Positions 19,540 through 28,334 of a stretch of 64,000 bases of DNA are shown here, piece after piece (position 1 is the first letter of the stretch; every line of letters starts with the position of its first letter). The position numbers and the translations under genes were made by a program. The DNA comes from a virus (taxonomy: Duplodnaviria > Caudoviricetes). The notes under the pieces are model-generated. The model ran no database searches, was not told the origin of the DNA, and was given only the letters and a program-made list of their open reading frames with translations. The stretch is taken from the IMG/VR virus record IMGVR_UViG_3300033072_000181, positions 9,712 through 73,711 of that record; one strand, written 5' to 3'.

Positions 19540-22500
19540 ATGTTAAAAGAAAATTGGTGGGATGATTACGTTGGTATTCCTTACGTAAATAATGGTAGAA
19601 CTAAAGATGGTGCTGACTGTTGGGGTATTGTACGTTTAATTCATAAAGAAGTATTTAATAATGATTTACCTAGCTTTACTGAAGTATCTGAAACAGAACA
19701 AAAGATTGAAACTATAGCACAACAAAAAGAAAACTGGCTAGAAGTTCAAAGTGAAAAAGCGGGGGATGTAGTATTATTCCGTGTAGCTGGTCAAGCAATT
19801 CACGTAGGTATTGTTATTCAACCCGGAAGATTCCTACACGCTTATAACGGTACTAATGTTTGTATTGAATCGTTATCTAATCACAAATGGAAACGTAGAA
19901 TTCAAGGATTTTACAGGTACGATACGAACGCAGCTACAGATGTGCGTGCAATTGCTCACCCGCTAAAAACACAAGCTATTAACTTACAGTTTGTACCGGG
20001 TATGACATTACATCAGATTGCAGAAGCTATCCGTAAAGAAGGTAATGTAAGAGAAGAGCTAGGTGCTGAAGCTGTAATTTTAGTTGATGGTTATATCATC
20101 CCAAAAGATAAATGGGATATTGTTCCTAATGTTGGATCAAGAGTAGAATACCGGGCTGTTGTAGCTGGCGGTGGATTAAACCCACTAAAACTTGTTGCTA
20201 CTGTAGCTATTATGTTCTACGCCCCTTATATGGCGAACGCTATGTTTGATGCAGCAGGATGGGGTGCAGCAACAGCAGGTACATTTGCTAGTACCTTTAC
20301 AGGTATGGTTACTAGCTTTGCTATCAGCATGGTTGGTAGTATGCTTCTTAACGCTATCTTTCCGACTAGACTTCCATCTAAAGATACCCCTAATTATGAT
20401 ACTGAAACAGGGGCTAGTACCTTTACAGTAAGAGGCGGCAGTAATAAAGCTAATCCTTACGGTGCTATTCCTGTTGTATTAGGTAAGTGCAGATTTACTC
20501 CACCTTCAGCTATGCAACCATATTACGAAGCAGACGGTACTGTAAGTTATTTACGTACTGTATTATGTTGGGGGTATGGTCCGCTTCATGTTGATGCTTC
20601 AACTATTAAAATTGGTGATACAGCAGTAAGTAATTTTACTGAGATTGAAATCAATACTCTAACAGGTTACGCATCAGACGATAAGACAAGATTTAATGAA
20701 TTAGCTGCACAAGACGTAGAACAATTAACAGTTGGCGTTAGTTTAGATCAAGTCAATTGCAGAGTAAGATCAGCAGTTAGAGCTAGTAATGTCGTAACAG
20801 TAGTAACTAGAAATGCACATAGTTACACAGTAGGTACAGAAGTTATTTTAGGTAGTGCTAAAGACAACGAAACAGCCGTAGGAACGATTACAGCTATTGT
20901 TGATGATTATACCTTCAGATTTAGTAATGCAGGCTCTGATGGCACTTTACTCGCGGATACAGGCACAGTTGTAGCGAATGATTGGTATCTGCAAGGTGTA
21001 GTATGGCAACAACGTAGCTTAGGTGAAGAAGTAACGCAAGTTAAGGTAACACTCGAATATCCAAACGGTCTATATAAGACTGATGCTACAACAGGAGCTA
21101 AGAGTGAGAATACATTAGAAGTACAAGTACAAGTAAAACTTACATCAAGTGGTATATGGTCACAAACCAAAACAGCGAGCTTAACAAAAAAGATGTTATC
21201 ACCATTCGCTCAGAGCGTAATCTTTGATGTAGATTCAGGGTATTATGATGTACGTGTTAAGAAACTAACTAGAATTACACATGATTCTTATGATAGCATG
21301 AATGTTAGTTTTACAGCTATTACAGGATTCTCTAATCGTAAGCCTATTACATTCCCTAAACCGTTATGTATGTCTGCCGTTAGAGCTAAAGGTACTAATC
21401 AGTTTAATGGTAACGTAGAAGGTTTTAATGCTGAAGTTAGCACTATCTGTTTAGATTGGGATAAGAATACTCAGACATGGATTGAACGAGTTACTAATAA
21501 TCCAGCTAGCTTATATCGTTATGTATTACAACATCCAGCCAATGCTACAGCTTTACCAGATTCTAAGATTGATTTAGTAACAATTCAACAATGGCATGAA
21601 TATTGTACTACTCAAGGTTTTGCTTATAATAATGTAATTCAACAAGTACAATCATTAAATGAAGTATTAAAGGATATTGCAGCAGCCGGTAGAGCCAGCC
21701 AAGCTAGAATAGACGGTAAGCATACGGTTCTAATTGATAAACCTAGAGATTATGTATCACAGCATTTTACTCCGCACAATTCTTGGGGTTTTGAAGGTAG
21801 CAAAATATTACCTAAAATTCCACATGGTTTCAGAGTTCAATTCCAAAATGAAGAAAAGGATTATCAACAAGATGAACGTGTAGTTTATGATGATGGCTAT
21901 AATGAATCAAACGCTACATTGCTTGAAGGTTTAGTTCTTCCCGGTGTTACTAATCCTGCTACTGTATATAAGCAAGCTAGATTCCATTTAGCACAAATTA
22001 AGCTAAGACCAGAAATATACACATTAAATGCTGATATCGAACACCTTGTTTGTAATAGAGGTGATTTAGTTAAAGTACAACATGATGTTACAATGTGGGG
22101 TTTAGCATCAGGAAGAGTAAAGCAGAAAATAGATAGTGTAAATATTGTTCTTACTGAAGATGTAGATTTAAAGCAAGGATATACTTATTGCATCCGATTT
22201 AGAAATGCTAAAGGTGAAAGCGTAGTAAAAACACTAGATATTATCAATGCAGATACTACAACAAATACAATTAAACTAAATTCAGCGGTAGATGCTGATA
22301 CAGCTAATCCAGATGATTTATTTATGTTTGGTTTAGTAGATCAAGAAACAAATGATTTAATTGTACTCAAAGTAGAACCTGCTGCTAATATGACAGCTAA
22401 ACTATCATTAGTGGATTATTCACCTGATATTTACACTATTGATGCCGGTTTAGCAATTCCAGCTTTTAACAGCAAGATCAGCTTACCGATGGGATTATTA

Positions 22501-24588
22501 CGTAAAGCTATTTCTGCTGTACCTGTAATTAGCAGCATAACCTCTGATGACAGTGCCATGTATGAAACAACAGCAGGTAAGTTCGTTCAAGGTATAGCTG
22601 TGCAATTCAGAAATCCTGCTAGCTTACCAGAGGATGTTACTGATATTGAACTACAGTGGGATTGGGTAGGTGATAACACAGAAGATTGGTTAAGCTCTGC
22701 ATTGATACCATTATCTAAAGGTTCTTACATTATTCCTAATGTTAAAATTGGAGATAGCTATACCTTACGTGCAAGATATGTAGATAAAGCAGGGAGAAGT
22801 GGTAACTGGTGTAACGAACAATGGGCTACTGTATCAGGTAGAACTAGACCACCTGCTGCACCAATAGAGTTTGTAGCTGTAGCAGAAGCAGGGAGTATTA
22901 AGCTAAGTTACCAAGCTGCTTATTCTAATGATGTTTCTAACTTTGAGGTTAGATTATCAGATTCTAATTGGGGTATTTCTGACAGCAATTTAATCTATAA
23001 AGGAAACGGTAATTCTGTAAATTATGCACCAAATGTACCGGGAACTTATACGTTTTATGTACGGTCTATTTCAGATAATGGTTTATATAGTGCAGCTAAA
23101 TCATGTTCTTTTAATTACTTTACAATTTCTAATATCAGTGATATAATTGCTACTTTCAATGATAGTAGTAATACAAATGCTTCAGTTATTTTAGATTGGG
23201 CTATTCCATCTAAGCAGTTTGATATTGCAGGTTTTGAGTTAAGTTACGATAGTGAAGTAAAGTTTATCAATGCTAACAATATTACTATTCCAGCAGATTG
23301 GATTGGTGATAGAGTATTTACAATTAAAACTGTAGATATTCTTGGTAATAAATCTTCAGGTTATTCTAAGCATGTTGTTAAGTTAGTACCAAACCCTCCT
23401 ACTAATGTTAGAGTGCAGGTTATTGACAATAATGTTATGTTATATTGGAATAATGCTGAACGTACTACTTTACCAGTTAGCCATGTGCTGATTAAACAAG
23501 GAACCGATTGGAACACAGCTACGGAAATTGGCCCTAAATCTGGTGGTTTCACTACTATATCAGAACTACAAGGTGGAACATATAAATACTGGTTAGCTTC
23601 TGTTGATACCGATGGCTATGAAAGTTCAGCAGTAAGTATTACTACAGAAGTATCACAACCTCCTGATTTTATATTCCACGGTAGCTTATCTAGTACTTTC
23701 ACTGGTACTTTAGTTAATGCTAAGGTTGAAACAGGTAGTAATGGTGTTTTAGGATTAGTACTTCCAATTAATACAACTGAAACATACGAACAGCATTTTA
23801 ATACTAGAGGATGGACTTCACCAAATAGTCAAGTACAAGCTGGTTATCCAATCTTTATTCAACCTGCTGCTTTAACGGCTAGTTATACTGAAACGTTTGA
23901 TTTTGGTTCAGTTCTAGCTAGCTCTATGATTACAGTAAGTATTAACGCTGATGTTGTTAGCGGTACTCCTGATCTAAATGTTCAGATGGAAACCAGTAGC
24001 AATAATTCTACATGGACACTTCATGAAAACGCAACAAGTGTTTTTGCTAGTTCAGTTCGGTATGTTCGAGTTAAGATTATGGTAACAGGTAGTGATACTA
24101 GCCTATATCAGATTAGTGGTATCGTATGTAGAGCAGATGCTAAACAAATTACAGATTCAGGATCGGTCGATTGCTTATCATCAGATAGTGCAGGAACCAT
24201 CTTTAACTTCAGTAAGGAGTTTATTGATGTAACAAGTATTACGGCTACTGCCTCTGGAACAACAGCGATTACTACAGTGTATGACTATAAAGATACTATT
24301 TTAGCAGCTACATACTCGATTGTGTCGGGTGTTGCTACCTTTAGTATAAATAATCACGGGTTAATAGCAGGACAAAAGGTACGTGTAATGTTTACAACAG
24401 GCACTACTATTAATACTGCTATACTCACTGTAGTGTCCGCTAGTACTAATAGCTTTACTGCAAACATAGCAGAAGGTAATACATCAGGTTCTTGTAATAT
24501 TTACCAACAAGGTGCAAGAATCTATCTGTTTAATTCAAGTGGAACTAGAGTATCTGGTACAGCTTCTTGGGTAGTACGTGGATATTAA
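19540..24588 (+). CDS. Central tail/tip attachment protein: NlpC/P60 + gpI-like + gpJ-like fusion
   Basis: N-terminal VGIPY...GADCWG...HVGIV...FLHA (NlpC/P60); NPYGAIPVVLG, NNPASL, FTPHNSWGF gpJ-type motifs; FN3-like repeats. Confidence 0.85.
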   Translation: MLKENWWDDYVGIPYVNNGRTKDGADCWGIVRLIHKEVFNNDLPSFTEVSETEQKIETIAQQKENWLEVQSEKAGDVVLFRVAGQAIHVGIVIQPGRFLHAYNGTNVCIESLSNHKWKRRIQGFYRYDTNAATDVRAIAHPLKTQAINLQFVPGMTLHQIAEAIRKEGNVREELGAEAVILVDGYIIPKDKWDIVPNVGSRVEYRAVVAGGGLNPLKLVATVAIMFYAPYMANAMFDAAGWGAATAGTFASTFTGMVTSFAISMVGSMLLNAIFPTRLPSKDTPNYDTETGASTFTVRGGSNKANPYGAIPVVLGKCRFTPPSAMQPYYEADGTVSYLRTVLCWGYGPLHVDASTIKIGDTAVSNFTEIEINTLTGYASDDKTRFNELAAQDVEQLTVGVSLDQVNCRVRSAVRASNVVTVVTRNAHSYTVGTEVILGSAKDNETAVGTITAIVDDYTFRFSNAGSDGTLLADTGTVVANDWYLQGVVWQQRSLGEEVTQVKVTLEYPNGLYKTDATTGAKSENTLEVQVQVKLTSSGIWSQTKTASLTKKMLSPFAQSVIFDVDSGYYDVRVKKLTRITHDSYDSMNVSFTAITGFSNRKPITFPKPLCMSAVRAKGTNQFNGNVEGFNAEVSTICLDWDKNTQTWIERVTNNPASLYRYVLQHPANATALPDSKIDLVTIQQWHEYCTTQGFAYNNVIQQVQSLNEVLKDIAAAGRASQARIDGKHTVLIDKPRDYVSQHFTPHNSWGFEGSKILPKIPHGFRVQFQNEEKDYQQDERVVYDDGYNESNATLLEGLVLPGVTNPATVYKQARFHLAQIKLRPEIYTLNADIEHLVCNRGDLVKVQHDVTMWGLASGRVKQKIDSVNIVLTEDVDLKQGYTYCIRFRNAKGESVVKTLDIINADTTTNTIKLNSAVDADTANPDDLFMFGLVDQETNDLIVLKVEPAANMTAKLSLVDYSPDIYTIDAGLAIPAFNSKISLPMGLLRKAISAVPVISSITSDDSAMYETTAGKFVQGIAVQFRNPASLPEDVTDIELQWDWVGDNTEDWLSSALIPLSKGSYIIPNVKIGDSYTLRARYVDKAGRSGNWCNEQWATVSGRTRPPAAPIEFVAVAEAGSIKLSYQAAYSNDVSNFEVRLSDSNWGISDSNLIYKGNGNSVNYAPNVPGTYTFYVRSISDNGLYSAAKSCSFNYFTISNISDIIATFNDSSNTNASVILDWAIPSKQFDIAGFELSYDSEVKFINANNITIPADWIGDRVFTIKTVDILGNKSSGYSKHVVKLVPNPPTNVRVQVIDNNVMLYWNNAERTTLPVSHVLIKQGTDWNTATEIGPKSGGFTTISELQGGTYKYWLASVDTDGYESSAVSITTEVSQPPDFIFHGSLSSTFTGTLVNAKVETGSNGVLGLVLPINTTETYEQHFNTRGWTSPNSQVQAGYPIFIQPAALTASYTETFDFGSVLASSMITVSINADVVSGTPDLNVQMETSSNNSTWTLHENATSVFASSVRYVRVKIMVTGSDTSLYQISGIVCRADAKQITDSGSVDCLSSDSAGTIFNFSKEFIDVTSITATASGTTAITTVYDYKDTILAATYSIVSGVATFSINNHGLIAGQKVRVMFTTGTTINTAILTVVSASTNSFTANIAEGNTSGSCNIYQQGARIYLFNSSGTRVSGTASWVVRGY

Positions 24589-24608
24589 CACAACTATGCA
24601 TGAATAGT

Positions 24609-24634
24609 AAAGGGGTAGAAATATCCCTTTATTT
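24609..24634 (+). terminator. Rho-independent terminator
   Basis: AAAGGGGTA-GAAA-TATCCCTTT with T-rich tail. Confidence 0.65.
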
Positions 24635-24651
24635 TATATAGAAAGATAAAT

Positions 24652-26154
24652 ATGGCAGATCATAATAAACCTACAATTACTAGCACTTATGCTAATTTAA
24701 TTGCTGAGTTAGATGCTAGATTAGACGATATGGCTTTGGATTTTGATCCAAGTGTTACATCACCATCTAACCTAGCTGTAAATACAGTACGATTTAATAC
24801 GGCAGCTTCACGTTGGGAAAAATGGAACGGTACTACTTGGGTAAATCGTTCTAGTTCTTACGCTATTGACATTACAGGGAATGCCGCTACCGCTACACTA
24901 GCTACAACAGCTAGTACAGCTAATGCTGTGGCTTGGGGTAATGTTACAGGTAAGCCAGCATTAGCTTATGCTGACGGTGGAAATTATAATTTGTATGCTT
25001 TGGGTTTAACTCCAAACGGAGACTATGCAGCAAGCGCACCGGGAAATACTCGCGGGACTGGCGGCCTTCATCACTACAACGTGTATAACAATGGCTACCC
25101 GACTACATACGGGAATTTGATCCACCTGTATGGGGTAGGTGCTGGTCAACTCCTAATCGGCTGGTCTGGTACGGATGGCGCTCACGCAGATAACTACATC
25201 CGGTCTAAGCGTGACAATGATACGGGAGCTTGGTCAGGGTGGGCTAAGATTGTTACGGATCAGAATTTGTACGGTAGTTCATGGACTTGGACTTGTAATC
25301 AAGCTAGTTACGTTCATCTTGGAAAGTGGAATGTTGATGCGAGTGCTCCGGGATCAGTGCTAGTTAATAGAGCTAGCAAATCAGATAGCCTCATTGATGA
25401 CTATTCAGGCAGTGTTATTGCATATGCTAATAACGCATATCACAATGCTAATGGTTACGGTTCGCTACGTGTGGACGGTACTTACAACGGATGGGGTGGC
25501 ATCAACTTCAATAGCGATAACTGTTTGATGGTCAGAAACAACGAAGTTGGTTTCCTCAGACCTTCCGCTGGTTGGATGTTCAGGTGGTATGGTGGAAATT
25601 TGTACTGTTACAAGGGGGCAGGCGGCGGCATCCCGGAGGCTTTGGTAGTCGATACCAACAACTCTTACGCAAGGCAGTCAGATAATCGCCCCGGAACTAC
25701 CCGGCTGTACCGCTATGACGATGACTCTGGCTACTTCGTCACGAATGTATGGACTGGATCAACGTGGAAACTAGAAGGTCGAAACCCTGACGGCTCTGTT
25801 CATGCTGGGTGTTACGTGGCTGAGTCGAGCAATGCCGACACCGTAGATGGTTGGCACCGGGACGATATTCGTGACTGGAACAACCTTCTGAATAAACCTA
25901 GCGTACCTTCTGCTGGTAGCGGATTCTATTGGGAGCAGAAATGGACAGGAAACCAGACAACGGCAATCGATGCGCTTGCTAATTGGGGTACTGGAATATA
26001 TTTGATGATATGTCCTTCTAGCGGAGCGGGGGCTATTTTGTGGATTACTACAGGTCTGAATCTACAGCCATATTCAGGTTTATTCAACCTTGGAGATAAG
26101 ATTTCGTGCGGTGGAAACACATTTACCGCCATTTATAAGCTAGCTAAGAGTTAA
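24652..26154 (+). CDS. Tail fibre / receptor-binding protein
   Basis: N-terminal anchor; ITGNAATAT and ADTVDGWH hinge motifs; YIRSKRD...AWSGWAKI knob; followed by a fibre chaperone. Confidence 0.8.
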   Translation: MADHNKPTITSTYANLIAELDARLDDMALDFDPSVTSPSNLAVNTVRFNTAASRWEKWNGTTWVNRSSSYAIDITGNAATATLATTASTANAVAWGNVTGKPALAYADGGNYNLYALGLTPNGDYAASAPGNTRGTGGLHHYNVYNNGYPTTYGNLIHLYGVGAGQLLIGWSGTDGAHADNYIRSKRDNDTGAWSGWAKIVTDQNLYGSSWTWTCNQASYVHLGKWNVDASAPGSVLVNRASKSDSLIDDYSGSVIAYANNAYHNANGYGSLRVDGTYNGWGGINFNSDNCLMVRNNEVGFLRPSAGWMFRWYGGNLYCYKGAGGGIPEALVVDTNNSYARQSDNRPGTTRLYRYDDDSGYFVTNVWTGSTWKLEGRNPDGSVHAGCYVAESSNADTVDGWHRDDIRDWNNLLNKPSVPSAGSGFYWEQKWTGNQTTAIDALANWGTGIYLMICPSSGAGAILWITTGLNLQPYSGLFNLGDKISCGGNTFTAIYKLAKS

Positions 26155-26163
26155 GGACTAATC

Positions 26164-26514
26164 ATGTATAAATATTTCATTGATAAAGATAGCAAATGTC
26201 AAGGTCAGGTACTTACTGATGATCCGGTAAATCCTCTTGGTTTTGATATAGTAGAACATCCGATTGAGTTAGAACATCCTTTTAAAATGAGGTATGTTGA
26301 TTCTAAGTTTGTATTTGCAGATACAGCAGAAGAAGAAATGCAAAATGAAGTACGCGCTCTTCGTAACGCTAAAATAGCAGAAACAGATTGGTCACAGCTC
26401 GACGATATTCCAGAGGCTACTAAATTGCTATATAAAACGTATAGACAAGCACTACGTGATATTACAACTCAATCAGGATTTCCATTTAATGTAGTATGGC
26501 CTGATAAACCATAA
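26164..26514 (+). CDS. Tail fibre assembly chaperone
   Basis: VRALRNAKIAETDWSQLDD...YRQALRDITTQSGFPFNVVWPDKP. Confidence 0.88.
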   Translation: MYKYFIDKDSKCQGQVLTDDPVNPLGFDIVEHPIELEHPFKMRYVDSKFVFADTAEEEMQNEVRALRNAKIAETDWSQLDDIPEATKLLYKTYRQALRDITTQSGFPFNVVWPDKP

Positions 26515-26523
26515 GGATAGAAT

Positions 26524-27018
26524 ATGTTACCTATTATAGCAGGTATTATTAGTAGTTTAATTCAGAATAACCTACCTAAGATTGCACAAGCTGTAGCTGA
26601 TAAAGGTGTAGATTATGTGCAAGATAAGTTAGGTGTAAAGTTAGAACCAGATATGTCAGCAGAAAAGCTTGCTGAAATTCAAGCAGCAGCTACTAAACAT
26701 GAAGAATTTGTTATGCAGCAAGATAATGAGAATACAGCTAATGCTAGAGCTATGCAAATGCAAGCACTACAACAAGATGATGTATTCTCTAAACGCTTTA
26801 CTTATTATCTTGCATCATTCTGGTCAATCATTACTACTATTTATATCTTTTGTATTACATTTATTAACATTCCTTTAACTAATGTTAGATTCTCAGATAC
26901 GATCTTAGGTTTCTTGCTAGGTTCTGTTATTGCTACACTGATTAATTTCTTCTTTGGTAGCAGCAAAACATCCCAACAAAAAACTGAGTTATTACTAAAG
27001 AGTAAAGACGATAAGTAA
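26524..27018 (+). CDS. Putative holin (3TM-type)
   Basis: N-terminal amphipathic segment, ANARAMQ motif, two C-terminal TM helices ending INFFFGSS; next to the endolysin. Confidence 0.7.
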   Translation: MLPIIAGIISSLIQNNLPKIAQAVADKGVDYVQDKLGVKLEPDMSAEKLAEIQAAATKHEEFVMQQDNENTANARAMQMQALQQDDVFSKRFTYYLASFWSIITTIYIFCITFINIPLTNVRFSDTILGFLLGSVIATLINFFFGSSKTSQQKTELLLKSKDDK

Positions 27019-27468
27019 ATGTTCGTAATATACGATAAAGAATATTTGTCGTATTTTTATATCATAAAACATAAACCATCAGGCAAGTGCTATGCAGGAT
27101 GTAGATATGCTAAAGACTGTAATCCAGCAGAATTATTAGTTCAGTCTGGTTATTGTACATCATCTAAATCGGTTCAGCAACTAGTACTTACTGATGGTTT
27201 ATTTTCGTTTGAAATAATAGAGATACGTGCATTTGAACATAAATATACTGCATATTTTTACGAAAGTACTTTTCTACAGAATATAGCATTTTACGATCAA
27301 GGTAATTACTTAAATAAAAGCTATAATACTAATTGCCGTAATCCTTTTCGTAAGTTATGGAATTTCGGTACTCTAATATTACAAGCAGAAGATTATCCTG
27401 ATTACTTATTAGATTATAAACAATTTACAAAGGAAACCAACAAGGAAACTGCTAATGCAACAGAATAA
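27019..27468 (+). CDS. GIY-YIG (Seg-like) endonuclease domain protein inside the lysis cassette
   Basis: YFYIIKHKPSGKCYAGCR...YCTSSK...AYFYES...YLNKSYN matches the GIY-YIG catalytic-domain layout. Confidence 0.6.
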   Translation: MFVIYDKEYLSYFYIIKHKPSGKCYAGCRYAKDCNPAELLVQSGYCTSSKSVQQLVLTDGLFSFEIIEIRAFEHKYTAYFYESTFLQNIAFYDQGNYLNKSYNTNCRNPFRKLWNFGTLILQAEDYPDYLLDYKQFTKETNKETANATE

Positions 27469-27934
27469 ACAATTATCAGATCATTTTACATTATATGAAA
27501 TGATAGCTAGTTCCGACGCTGTTAAGTACAGTATTGATAACTCACCTAATCAGGATCAAATCGGCAATCTAACTAAGCTATGTAATTTCGTCCTAGAACC
27601 TATCAGAATGCACTTCAGTAAGCCTGTAATCGTTAGTAGTGGGTACAGGTGCAAGGAACTAAACAAACGCATTGGCGGTAGCTCTACGTCAGACCATTGC
27701 GAAGGTAAAGCTGCTGATATTAAAATAGCAGGTATAGATAATCTTGAACTATTTAATTGGATCAAAGAGAATCTAACGTATAAACAACTCATACTGGAGT
27801 TTTATACGTCTGGTAGCTCTGGTAATTCTGGAAACTCCGGATGGGTTCATGTAAGTTATTGCACATCAGAAAATAAGAATGAATCGTTACGTGCAATAAA
27901 AGAGAACGGTAAGACTGTATATATCAAATTTTAA
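27455..27934 (+). CDS. Endolysin, peptidase M15 family
   Basis: SSGYRC, SDHCEGKAADI and WVHVSY zinc-ligand motifs. Confidence 0.88.
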   Translation: MQQNKQLSDHFTLYEMIASSDAVKYSIDNSPNQDQIGNLTKLCNFVLEPIRMHFSKPVIVSSGYRCKELNKRIGGSSTSDHCEGKAADIKIAGIDNLELFNWIKENLTYKQLILEFYTSGSSGNSGNSGWVHVSYCTSENKNESLRAIKENGKTVYIKF

Positions 27935-27938
27935 ATAT

Positions 27939-27977
27939 AAGAAAACCTCCAACCGTAACAGGAAGGAGGTTTCTTTT
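27939..27977. terminator. Bidirectional terminator between convergent late and middle blocks
   Basis: AAGAAAACCTCC...GGAGGTTTCTTTT with A/T tracts on both sides. Confidence 0.8.
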
Positions 27978-27987
27978 CGTTCATAAT

Positions 27988-28287
27988 TTAAGTAACATGC
28001 GGAGTACAATATACGAGTGGTTCGGTAGATTGTAGCTTCAGTAGTTCTTTTACATCTTGTACAGCTTCATCAATACTTAAAGTTAATTCGTCAGAAGTTA
28101 CACCATAAGAACTAACTTCAAGTCCAACAATCCAGTTAGTCTTAGTTGAATCATACCAAGGAGAAGCATAATCTAATTCTCCATTATCGAGTAGTTCATC
28201 AACATCTAAATCTACACTTTCAGCTAAATCACAGAATAGTTCGTACTTAAAACCTACGATTAGCTTTGAATCTACATCTACACTCAT
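27988..28287 (-). CDS. Acidic hypothetical protein
   Basis: SD GGAGG; 99 aa, 21 D/E versus 5 K and no R. Confidence 0.7.
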   Translation of the reverse strand: MSVDVDSKLIVGFKYELFCDLAESVDLDVDELLDNGELDYASPWYDSTKTNWIVGLEVSSYGVTSDELTLSIDEAVQDVKELLKLQSTEPLVYCTPHVT

Positions 28288-28302
28288 ATCACCTCCTAAT
28301 TA

Positions 28303-28334
28303 TGTTATTGCGTTATTGCATTATTGCGTTATTG
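28303..28334 (-). repeat. 4 x 8-bp tandem array (CAATAACG) containing the nrdA stop codon
   Basis: Minus strand CAATAACG CAATAATG CAATAACG CAATAACA. Confidence 0.85.

Noticed and set aside
26524-27934. Spanin genes in the lysis cassette
   Set aside because: No Rz/Rz1-like ORF or lipobox was found next to the holin and endolysin; absence cannot be interpreted from a partial genome.
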